Of a stretch of DNA of 64,000 nucleotides, positions 46,765 to 58,480 are shown one piece after another. Numbering within the stretch: the stretch's first letter is position 1; each line of letters starts with the position of its first letter. The stretch lies in contig JAUCBJ010003514.1 in the NCBI GenBank assembly GCA_032718475.1, forward strand, positions 1 through 64,000. Reading direction: 5' to 3'. The notes below the pieces were generated by a model. It was not told the origin of the DNA, ran no database searches, and was given only the letters and a program-made list of their open reading frames with translations. Source of the DNA: Nemertoderma westbladi. Its lineage: Eukaryota > Animalia > Xenacoelomorpha. Position numbers and translations under genes: made by a program.

Positions 46765-49700
46765 ATGAGCATGAACTCGAACCATCTTGAACCGAAATAC
46801 ACTGCTGTATGTTTGTATAATGCTCGATCCATTAATAACAAAGCGGCAATTATTAAAGATCACATTGTAGATGATAGAATAGACATCCTTGCGATAACGG
46901 AAGCGTGGTTAAAGGGTGATGAGAGCGATAACCAAGTAACAAACGAAATATGTCCTAAAGGATACGTTATAGAACACAATCCTAGAACAACCACGAGAGG
47001 TGGAGGAGTAGCTTGTGTTTTCAAACGGTGTCTCAAATTAAAAACGTGTGCCGCTAGTGAGTTTGTGTATTCTACATTTGAATATATTGAATTAACATTC
47101 ACCCAACTTGGATCTGTTATTAGGCTTATTATATTGTACCGCACCTGCCCTTCGCCTAAAAACGGACTCACTGCAGCATTATTCTTTGAACAATTCGCTG
47201 AGTTTCTGCAGCACATTATAGTTCTTCCGGGTAGAATACTATTATTGGGTGATTTTAACTTTCATGTTGATGTCTGCGATAACAAGGATGCCGCCGAGTT
47301 TCTTGACATTTTAAATTGCTTTGGATTGGTACAGTTAGTAAATCAACCAACCCACATAAAGGGCCATACACTAGATCTGGTGCTAGTACACACTGACGAC
47401 CAGAATATCGTTTGCAACGTTTTTGTACGAAATATAGGTTTATCCGACCACTTTGCAGTCTACTTTAACTTGAATTTCACTAAACCAGCCGATATATCAC
47501 AGACAATAAGTTACCGAAATATAAGTAAAATAAACGGTAATCTGTTTTTGGAGGATTTAAAACATTCACCAGTATGCGACTCTCCTTCTGGTGATATTAA
47601 TGGAGTTATTAAAATGTATAATGATAACCTAATGAACATACTCGATAAACACGCCCCATTACAAACAAAAACTGTTTCCATGAGGCCGAAGGCAAATTGG
47701 TACACTGATGAGATTAACGACGCAAAAAGAAAACGCAGAAGATTGGAGCGCCGATATCGAAAGACGAATATCTGTGCTGATTGTATCGCCTATCGCCTAC
47801 AGTGCACGGTGGTTGCCAATACCATAGCGTCAGCAAAAGAGACATATTATAGTAACATTATAAAGAATAATGCAGGTGATCAACGAAAACTATTTTCAGT
47901 GGCTGCCAAAATACTTTATCGTAAAAACAAAAGTACATTGCCTTCACACGAGGATGATGAAAAGTTGGCGAACAGGTTTATGGAATTCTTTGACAAGAAA
48001 ATAAAGGATATTAGATATGACTTATTATCTGGAAATGGCGGTTCTACTTCACGGGGCGTTGATGATCTGGGGGCTCCTACGGAGGGCGCTATCAAACTGG
48101 GTGTTCCTACGGGGGGCGCTACTGAATTGGGCATTCCTACGGGGGGTGATACTGGACTGGGCGCTCCTACAGGGGAATCATCCGACCAGGGCGTTCCTAC
48201 GGGGGGAGCATCTGACCTGGGCATTCCTACAGGGGGTGCTGCTGGACTGGGTGTTTCTACGGGGGGTGCAACTGGACTGGGCGTTCCTACGGGGGGCTCA
48301 TCTGAACTGGGCATTCCTATTGGGGGACCATCTGACCTGGGCATTCTTACGGGTGAAGCATCGGATCTGGGTGTTCCTACAGGGGGCGCTAGTGAACTGG
48401 GCGTTCCTATGGGGGGCGCAACCAACCTGGGCATTCCTACGGGGGGTGTTACTGGACTGGGCGCTCCTATGGGGGGGGGGGGGCTACTGAACTGGGCATT
48501 CATACGGGGGCCGCTACGGGACTGGGCATTCCTACGGGGTGCGCAACTAACCTAGGCATTCCTACGGGGGGCGCTACGGGACTGGGCGTTCCTACGGGTA
48601 TGGGGGGCGCAACCAACGGTAAAGGAAACAATATTCCCAAATTGGAACACTTTAATAAAATAACAATGGATGAGGCAGAAAAGCTAATAAAGAACTCAAA
48701 ATCTAAATCTAGTACCATGGATCCGATTCCCACGCAATTAGTAAAACATTCAATAAAATTGTTGCTACCAGTGATTATGTTAATTATTAATTTATCAATT
48801 ACAACTGCTACTGTGCCGACTCTATTCAAGGAAGCTGTGTTAACACCAGTCATAAAGAAAGCACGATTAAACCCTGAGATACTTAGGAACTTTAGGCCGG
48901 TGTCTAATCTGATATATTTAGCAAAGTTAACAGAAAGGGTGATTGCAAACCAGCTGATGACTCATATGAACATAAATAAATTGTATGAACCTTTACAGAG
49001 CGCGTACAGACCCTTACACGGAACGGAGACCGCGTTGCTTAAGGTAAGCGACGACATATTACGCGAAATCAATTCGGGATCGGGAGTACTTCTCGTCTTA
49101 TTAGACCTTAGTGCTGCCTTCGACACGGTCGACCACGTTAAACTGTTGGACACTCTAGATCGAGAAATCGGGGTTGAGGGAATCGCCCTGGACTGGTTCA
49201 GATCGTACTTGTCGAATAGGTCACAACAGGTTCGCATTAATGCAAAATATTCGAACCGGTTGGATTTGCTGTACGGGCTGCCACAAGGATCGGTACTTGG
49301 GCCTATATTATTTTCGATATACACTCGTTCGCTTTCAAATGTTATTCGCAACCACGGCCTCTCGTATCATTTGTACGCGGACGATACACAGCTATACATT
49401 AGTTTTAAACCTATTAATTCGTCCGTCGCTGTTGAGGTGACTGAACGTTGCGTGGCCGATGTAAAGAAGTGGATGGAAGATAATTTATTGAAAATGAACT
49501 CAGATAAAACGGAGATTATCCTTCTGCAGTCCCGTTTCGGTAAACAACTAACGCCCCCTAACATACAAATAGGGGATGACCTGATCAGCTGCAGCGACAA
49601 GGCACGTAATATAGGTTTCATCGTGGATTCAAATCTGACATACAGCAATCAAATAAGTACAACGGTCCGAGATGCATTTCTTCATCTTCGAAGTTTGGCT

Positions 49701-50001
49701 AAAATTAAACGGTACCTCAGCAGACATGACCTTGAAATCTTAATTCACGCCTTTGTCACAAACAAACTCGACAGCAACAACTCATTATCCGGGATTTAAG
49801 ACCTCCACGACAATTACGGTCTGCTGATAAGGGACTTCTAATTGTACCGCAGTTTTACTTGCATAATTACGGGAGACGGGCGTTCTCAATTGCGGCACCA
49901 ACAATCTGGAACTCCCTCCCGCAAGAAGTTAGAGATGCCACGACGCTGACTCTGTTTAAATCGCGACTCAAAACTCACCTGTACAAAGAGGAATATTGCT
50001 G
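46765..50001 (+). pseudogene. LINE ORF2 (APE endonuclease, Gly-rich repeat, RT), broken by a poly-G frameshift (48471-48483) and a 226-bp deletion at 49789
   Basis: YNARSI, ITEAWL, GGGVA, LGDFNFH, HTLDLV, SDHF; QSAYR, LLDLSAAFDTVDH, GLPQGSVLGP, YADD. Confidence 0.92.
48067..48620 (+). repeat. 30-bp coding VNTR (~18 units, LGxPTGGAxx) inside LINE ORF2; second copy at 59169-59723
   Basis: ctgggcattcctacggggggcgctactgaa-type units. Confidence 0.95.
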
Positions 50002-50410
50002 ATTTTTATTTAATATTGTTCAAACTTTTTAGTTATTAATTAATTCTCTGTACGTAGCCTTTTTAGTTGGTTTCAAATAGTTTTTAAGCGCCTTGAAATA
50101 TGTTCAGAAAGGCGCTATATAAATATATATTATTATTATTATATAAAATGGTTGTTAAATAAACCGCTGTTAAATAGCGGTTTTTAGATTTGGAAACACC
50201 ATTCAATGGTGCATTAATAACCATAAAAAAAATTTAAGGGTCGAAATTTTCAAACTCTCACATAATGATAGCAATCATAAATAATTAATGTAATAAAGTT
50301 AAAACGGCAATGAAAAATTCATTGATCTGTTCTTTATTTAGAACGATTATAACTTTTGGGGTTCAAGTCTCCCTCACTCACCCTACCTACTGTTGTATGT
50401 ATTTATTAAT

Positions 50411-50574
50411 AGTACCTAACTTATCTAGACTTTGCTGATGACTTATGAGTACTCTCAGAATCACTAGAGGGAGCCCAATGGCTCCTTAGCTCATTAGAAC
50501 ATGCGGCTTCTAGTGTTGGTCCTTTTATTAACTCTAGAAAGACCACAATTTTGACAGTTAACTTTGAAAGTCCT
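50411..50574 (+). mobile_element. Small RTE RT fragment, same family as 16920-17080
   Basis: Reverse-complement match to 16920-17080; reads YLTYLDFADDL. Confidence 0.8.
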
Positions 50575-50910
50575 AAAATGCTTTAGAAGCTGTACTACTG
50601 TGTACATATCTACTGTATAAATGCTTTAGAAGCTGTTGTACGGAGTAGGCCTATATATCTATCAATTATTTATAATCTGTTGCACTTGTCTACATATACA
50701 GTATGCTTTAAAAGCTGTTGTACATATCCACTGTATAAATACTTTTGAAGCTGTGGCACATATTGTTAAGTATATATAAAAGATTTAGAATCCTGTTGTA
50801 CATATCTATATACTGCATAAATGCTTTAGAAGCTGTACATCTACTGTATAAATGCATTGGAAGCTGTAGCACAAAGCTCAATATATAAATCTTTTAGAAG
50901 CTGTTGTACA
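50575..50910. repeat. Diverged ~40-bp tandem repeat
   Basis: aaatgctttagaagctgttgtacatatctactgtat recurring. Confidence 0.7.
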
Positions 50911-51074
50911 TAACAATTATTTTACGCATTCAAGTTGGTCTCGATACTGAAAATGTTATAGAGCAAGCGAAACCGTTCTAAAATTCGCTGGACGGCAAGT
51001 TACAACAAACAATTGGTTTAAATCTCTAGAGTTAGCAAAGCGCAAACAATTAACTCGTCTTGGCACAATCAAAA

Positions 51075-51220
51075 TGGAAAGTGGGGAGATTTGATTACGT
51101 AAGGGAAAGGCGTGGGCAGCGTTGAATAGGCTTTCCAGGATTTGGAAGTCACAGATAATTAATCGGAAACTTAAGGTCCGATTATTTAGAGCAGCAGTAG
51201 TTCCAGTACTCCTCTACGGG
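51075..51220 (+). mobile_element. RTE LINE fragment (post-RT region)
   Basis: LRKGKAWAALNRLSRIWKSQIINRKLKVRLFRAAVVPVLLYG. Confidence 0.75.
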
Positions 51221-51877
51221 GACAGAGCGATCTCAGCAACTAAGCGAAAACGAACAATAAGATGTTTCTAGACCCCCACTCCCCCCCCCCCCCCCCCTCC
51301 CAAAAAAATTAATTACAAGACTTTTTCCCATGTACATTGCGTTTGAAAAGTCTACGGTTCTCAGGCTACGTCCGACTTGAGTCAAAAATTTCTCTTCCCG
51401 CTAGCAACCTCGTTGCTATAGAGATAAGCCCAGAACCGCTAATGCACGAACTTGGGACCGGCACCAATCTGTAGGCAGCATATGATTTGCATGCACATCC
51501 TTTTTTGGAGTCGCCCAATCATGATCTTGGCCGTGATCAGCACAGATCGTTTCTGATCAAATATCGAACACTCAAAAATTGCTCCCTATGGAAAAATGTA
51601 TGGAAAAAATTAAAAAGGTTCCTCACCATCGATTAAGTGGGGGTAGCCACTTTTTTTTTAAAAGAAAAAAGTATCTTATTAGTATCTTATGCGCACAACT
51701 TATATATAAATATATATAATATAATATATTATAATACGAATAATACGTTTTACTGTGGATAATCTGGATGTATAAATAACTACCTAAGACAATCACTATA
51801 CATCTATATTTTAAAAGACAAGTTTTTGTAGAGCACACCGAGACAAACAATAACGCTAGTCATTGTATATACAATAA

Positions 51878-52518
51878 CAGGGCTGGATTAAGGCCTAGGC
51901 TAGCTAGGCTATAGCCTAGGGGCCCCCCGACTTTTTGGGGCCCCCACTTCCAATAACATATAAAGGAGGTGCAAATGATGGCGGCGGAGTCTATTAAACC
52001 CGCGACCATGGCGGCGGAGTAAGGTCACCCATGGAATACTAAATATAGATATTTACCGTAGATTTAGATATTTTCTATATTTAGTACTGTATTCCATGGG
52101 TCACCAGATGCCTGGTTTGGTTATGCTCTGGTTTGGGATTCGCGATATATGACTGCTGTAGTTCATTGAATGACTGTTGATATCTAACCATTTCATTCAA
52201 AATTAAAATATTATTATAATATCGGATTAGAATCTATTACTGTAGGGTGTAATTTTGACACTTTCCAATATTATAGAAATCGGATTTACTAAAACGATTC
52301 CCATTGTATTCTTATTATGTTCCAGATAACACCCCATGAAGTCAATATTCCCCGTAGATGAGGCGCCTTTAGTAATTATACTTATATGCGCGGCATTCCA
52401 AAACAATAATTAAAATTCATTCAATTCAATCAATCAATCAAATTCCTTCAATTATAATTCACATGTATTTCAATCATATACAGTAGGCCTAATTACCACT
52501 CGAGGGAGGGCTGAACCC

Positions 52519-52553
<35 letters not shown>

Positions 52554-52642
52554 ACGTTCCCTGTTGCCAAAGGGCGAGGGTCAATAAATTGTCATTAACC
52601 TACAGTACGGGTCATTAGCCCCAAAACCTTAATCCGGCCCTG
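51878..52642. mobile_element. MITE with 16-bp TIRs, present only in duplicate copy 2
   Basis: CAGGGCTGGATTAAGG ... CCTTAATCCGGCCCTG, flanked by TAA on both sides; absent at ~20117. Confidence 0.85.
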
Positions 52643-55047
52643 TAATTGTTCCGAGCCAAAAGTATAAGCCATAGCAGCACTAGAGTAGGTCATGCAATAT
52701 TAATCAAGGAATTCATAATTATTATGTATACTGTATTAAAACCGAACCACTACAGAACCAATGGGCCTTCTGCTTTTCTAATTCAAGGAATGAAAACCAA
52801 GTACAAAGTGTTGGGAATTAAAAAACCACAGGGTAACCAAGGATGACAACAAAATAAACGTAATTAGTCATGCCAATCATTTTGTCATAAACATATTATT
52901 GTGAGCTATTTAATCATGCAAAGCCACTGTTGGATTTAAATTCGCGGTAGTCTACAGTACTTCTCGTGTTTTTACTTATGTTAGGCCTAGGCTACTTAAT
53001 TAATTCTTTATATAAAACTATTATTAATCATATTGCTGATTCAAGCATCTATGTTAAAACATTTATTTAAACCAATTATTTATCACAGAGAATAATAAAT
53101 CATTAAAGTGTTTCTAAATATGATAGAAATGTTTCTGAATTACATAAGCTTGTATCACAACGATAATACATTTACAATTTTAACCAATGTGTCTGTCCAA
53201 ATATGTATATGAAATACAGTATTTCACTATTCCGGGACAGAATCTACAGTATATACTGTACACTAGGTATCTGCGATTTCGTCCAGGCCACTGAGTACTG
53301 AAGGTTGCGCCAACTGTGTTGATAACAAGATAAAGGCATAGCTTTGTACGGATGTATAAGAGATGGTTCTCGCGTGTTTGCGATAGAGTAAAAGGTTAAA
53401 GTTACAGTGCACGAGAAATCCGTTGTATATTGTCTGAAAGCACTTTGACACTTACATTGTGGGGCGAGCCAAGCAGTCAGGGCGAGCCACGCAGTCAGGA
53501 CGAGCCACGCAGTCAGGGCGAGCCTTAGCGCACAATTATAATTAGTAAATGGGCAAAATTTTATGCCCCTCTGTCTGTCTGTCTGTCTGCCTGTCTCTGT
53601 GCCTTTCTGTCTGTCTAGGTCTGTCTGCCTAGGTCTGTCTGTCTCTCTGTCTGTCCGTCCGTCCGTCCAGATCAAATCGAACTTGCTCAAGTTCGCGTGC
53701 TGCGTGACGCCCCAGAAATTTGTTCCTATTGCCTTTAGCACCCCAAATCCAACCAACACCAAAAAAGGTACTACAATAGAAAGAATTATACTTTTCATGC
53801 TTTTCACTTTTTTTACTTATTATGCCCCTTATAATTGGTTTAATGCCTTATATAATTTTACTACTTTTTATGCCCTGTATTTTTCCCCATTTTCCCAAAA
53901 TAGTGGAGAGTTTGGGAAGAATTGGATAAGTGTAAACAACTGAAGGTACGCGCTGCAGTTATAGGTACAAAAATTTAAAATTACGAATTCGTAGGATAGA
54001 AATAAAAGGGGAACAAATAGTGTTTGACCTACATATTATATGCTTCGTACTCTACTTCTTAAATGAGAACTACTGTGCAGTAGATGATCAATTGTTGTGA
54101 TCCAATTATCACCTGACTCATTTAATTATTATGGAATTTTTGAGAGATTCAAAAACATACATTTTTTATGCTCTGTGGGGGGACTTTCGACGCAGTAAAA
54201 AATTATCCCTCTCCAGGGGAATTCGACGCAAATAACAGCTGATTACTGCAAAAATAAAACTGTAACCTGTTTTCATTGAGTTCGTTTATTATTTTGGTTA
54301 GAATGACGTTTTACTGTAACCTACTCCTTTCCCTAAATTGAGAATAACATTTTAGGTTATAAAATTTTAGAATATTTGAAATAATGACGGTCCTTTACCT
54401 GTATAATAATATAATGCATTCCCTTTTTTAAATAACTATCGGTGCAAGCACCATACAGTAAACTGTACATGGTTTGTAATCCGTAAGGAACTAATTCCCC
54501 CTCCAAGTGACAAGAAAGTCCCTCTGGGTCAATAGCCCAAAAGAAGCAGGCCCAAGAAAGCTGCAAAGTTTTATTTGTAATTGTAATTGAAATAGGCCTA
54601 CTGTAGTGAATTGAATTTCTTACTTATCAGTATTAATTGTTAATTTTGATTGGTAATAGTGAATTATAGTAATTATTTAAATCGATTTGCATTTGCAATC
54701 GAGATAATTAATGTGTTGAAATTTCAGAGAGTTTCTCACATAGACGGGTGTATTTGCGAAATTGAAATTCAAAAGAAGCAGTCTGACAGTGAAGTCTCAA
54801 TTCTGCCAGCCCTAAAAAATACAGGGTAGAAAAGTACATATATAGGGCATAAAAGTACTTATGAATGGTAGATCTTTTAGGCTCGCTGCTAAGCCATGGA
54901 ACGCCTGTTCACCCGTTACACAGTTACCCCCCCCCCCCCCCCCCCCCCAGTCTGATTCCCAAGTTGCCTTGGTTCCAATTCATTGGATTAATTGGAAGAG
55001 TACGGGAATGTCACCACTAGACCAAGTTGCTGCGAGCAGCAAAGTTG

Positions 55048-57183
55048 TAGTGGGACAGTCTAAATGCGTTCAGTGGGCAGTGGAACAATCTATATGGCGT
55101 TCAGTTGCTGTAGGACAGTCTATATGGCGTTCAGTTGCTGTGGAACAGTCATTCTGGCGTTCATTGGCCAGTGGCACAGTCTAAATGGCGTTCAGTGGCT
55201 GTGGGACAGTCAATATGGCGTTCAGTTGCTGTGGGACAGTCTGTATGGCGTTCAGTGGCCAGGGGGACAGTCTTTAGGGCGTTCATTGGCCAGTGGGGCA
55301 GCAGTCTATATGGCGTTCAGTTGCAGTCGGACAGTCTATATGACGTTCAGTTGCTGTGGAACAGTCTGTATGGCGTTCAGTGGCCAGTGGGACAGTCTTT
55401 AGGGCGTTCATTGGCCAGTGGGGCAGCAGTCTATATGGCGTTCAGTTGCTGTGGGACAGACTTTGTGGCATTCATTGGCCAGTGGGACAGTCTATATGGC
55501 GTCCAGTTGCTGTGGGACAGACTTTGTGGCATTCATTGGCCAGTGGGACAATCTATATGGCGTTCAGTGGCCAGTGGGACAATCTATATGACGTTCAGTG
55601 GCCAGTGGGACAATCTATATGGCGTTCACTGGCTGTGGGACAGTCAATATGGCGTTCAGTTGCAGTGGGACAGTCTGTATGGCGTTCAGTGGCCAGTGGG
55701 ACAGTCTATATGGCGTTAAGTTGCTGTGTGACAGTCTGTATGGCGTTCAGTGGCCAGTGGGACAGTCTTTGTGGCGTTCATTGGCCCGTGGGACAGTCTA
55801 TATGGCGTTCAGTGGCCAGTGGGACAATCTATATGGCGTTCATTTGCCAGTGGGACAGTCAATATGGCGTTCAGTTGCTGTGGGACAGTCTGTATGGCGT
55901 TCAGTGGCCAGTGGGACAGTCTTCGTGGCGTTCATTGGCCCGTGGGACAGTCTATATGGCGTTCAGTGGCCAATGGGACAATCTATATGGCGTTCACTGG
56001 CTATGGGACAGTCAATATGGCGTTCAGTTGCTGTGGGACAGACTTTGTGGCATTCATTGGCCAGTGGGACAGTCTATATGGCGTTCAGTTGCTGTGTGAC
56101 AGTCTGTATGGCGTTCAGTGGCCAGTGGGACAGTCTTTGTGGCGTTCATTGGCCCGTGGGACAGTCTATATGGCGTTCAGTGGCCAGTGGGACAATCTAT
56201 ATGGCGTTCATTTGCCAGTGGGACAGTCAATATGGCGTTCAGTTGCTGTGGGACAGTCTGTATGGCGTTCAGTGGCCAGTGGGACAGTCTTTGTGGCGTT
56301 CACTGGCCCGTGAGACAGTCTATATGGCGTTCAGTGGCCAATGGGACAATCTATATGGCGTTCACTGGCTATGGGACAGTCAATATGGCGTTCAGTTGCT
56401 GTGGGACAGTCTGTATGGCGTTCAGTGGCCAGTGGGACAGTCTTTAGGGCGTTCATTGGCCAGTGGGACAGTCTATATGGCGTTCAGTGGCCAGTGGGAC
56501 AACCTATATGGCGTTCAGTAGCCAGTGAGACAATCTATATGGCGTTCAGTAGCCAGTGAGACAATATATATGACATTCAGTTGCTGTGGGACAGTCTATA
56601 TGACGCTCAGTTTCTGTAGGACAGTCTATATGGCGTTCAGTTGCTGTGGGACAGTCTGTATAGCGTTCAGTGGCCAGTGGGACAGTCTTTAGGGCGTTCA
56701 TTGGCCAGTGGGACAGTCTATATGGCGTTCAGTGGCCAGTGGGACAGTCTTTATGGCGTTCATTGGCCAGTGGGACAGTCTATATGGCGTTCAGTGGCCA
56801 GTGGGACAACCTATATGGCGTTCAGTAGCCAGTGAGACAATCTATATGGCGTTCAGTAGCCAGTGAGACAATATATATGACATTCAGTTGCTGTGGGACA
56901 GTCTATAGGACGCTCAGTTGCTGTGGGACAGTCTGTATAGCGTTCAGTGGCCAGTGGGACAGTCTTTAGGGCGTTCAGTAGCCAGTGAGACAATCTATAT
57001 GGCGTTCAGTAGCCAGTGAGACAGTCAATATGGCGTTCAGTTGCTGTGAGACAGACTTTGTGGCATTCATTGGCCAGTGGAACAATCTATATGGCGTTCA
57101 GTGGCTGTGGGACAGTCTATATGGCGCTCAGTTTCTGTAGGACAGTCTATATGGCGTTCAGTTGCTGTGGGACAGTCTGTATG
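55048..57183. repeat. 30/31-bp minisatellite (~69 units), paralog of 22053-23765
   Basis: Same unit and same flanks. Confidence 0.97.
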
Positions 57184-58135
57184 TCAATAAGACAATGAAC
57201 CATAACCATATCATAAAAAGCATTCGGAAAATTAGTTACCAATCTCCTAATTGATGAATATGTACAAAAATTTGTAGGATATTTCTTTATTGAAGTCACC
57301 ACTTAAAATTATTACTTAGATTAGATAGTAAGTAGTCTTACAAGAAGACATTAAACTTATTGAAACTGTGAATTCAATCTACAAAAATGGAAATGAATTT
57401 GGTTAGTGTTATGTGTTCTTATCTGTAGTATATCACTCACTGTTATTGTATAGATATAGGCCTGGCCTAATTTGATAAGGTAATAAATGAAAAAAATTAA
57501 AATTTGAAAAATAAAAATAAAAAATGTTGCAATGGAACAATTTTTGAATAATTTGGGGAGTTCGACCTTATGCAAATCTACACCAACGGATGTTAACACA
57601 TCGGTTGCTAACTACTGTATGACGCAACTTTATCGAGAGTTTTGGATATTCATGCGCCACTTAAATAAATCATCGCCTGAAATCATTGAACTCAAAATTG
57701 CATTATTAACATACTGTACAACTAACTGGATTCATCGAGTTAGTTCATGAATATCTATTGGTGCCTTAAATACCACCACGTCAGCTAAGATCGAGTATTA
57801 TTATTAATATATTATTATTATTAATATATTATTATTATTAATAATATATTATTATTATTATTATTAATATATTATTATTATCATTATTAATATATTATTA
57901 TTATTATTATTAATATATTATTATTATTATTATTAATAATAATAATAATCTTAATATATATTATTTTTATGATACATTGATAGATTAACTAGGAGTGACT
58001 GCATTCCTTATATTAATTTTATATACACGTAATTCCTACTTTAGGTGGTTAATTGATAAAAAGACTTCAAAGAATTCTATAATACGAAATAAATACAGTA
58101 TATTATAATTATACATATTACTATGTAATTAGCAG

Positions 58136-58394
58136 GTGGTTTTCTTCTCTCTGGTAATTGGTTGTTGTTTCTTGGTTGTCTGCAACGCATGCACACCAAA
58201 GGCGATTGGCACATCGGGTTGCAGGGCTGAAAACACCTACTGTGACCATGGTGCATGTCTTACGGATAAGTTTGAGCCCACAACCCCATTCGTAGGGATG
58301 GTGGCCCGTAGGCGTCGGGGACTGAATGCTAACGCGTACTGTCTATGTGGATCTAAACTCGGTGACCAGGAATACGATGGAAGCACTGGATGCG
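58136..58394 (+). CDS. Exon A of paralog 2 of the Cys-rich gene (first of two identical copies)
   Basis: tagcag| acceptor, G|gtgagt donor, 259 nt; homologous to 27584-27833. Confidence 0.8.
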
Positions 58395-58480
58395 GTGAGT
58401 CTATTTATTATAGAAATTAAATTAACCTGTCTCTAAGTCTACAGATAAGACAGTAGGTGTTGCACACAATCTACCTTAAA

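Larger units (their letters stand above)
45757..50140 (+). mobile_element. Young L2/CR1-group LINE, 5'-truncated within ORF1, 3' end intact
   Basis: ORF1 plus an APE-RT ORF2. The 3' end aagcgccttgaa...aaaggcgctatataaat followed by (TTA)n is typical of L2-like elements. Confidence 0.92.
43385..50385. mobile_element. Non-autonomous DNA transposon with terminal inverted repeats, interrupted by other repeats and the L2 LINE
   Basis: gggtgagtgagggagac (43388-43404) and its exact reverse complement gtctccctcactcaccc (50367-50383). Confidence 0.6.

Noticed and set aside
47916-48503. Pro-rich minus-strand ORFs (also 59018-59602) and other antisense ORFs over TE genes
   Set aside because: Antisense shadows of the 30-bp coding repeat and of the pol ORFs.
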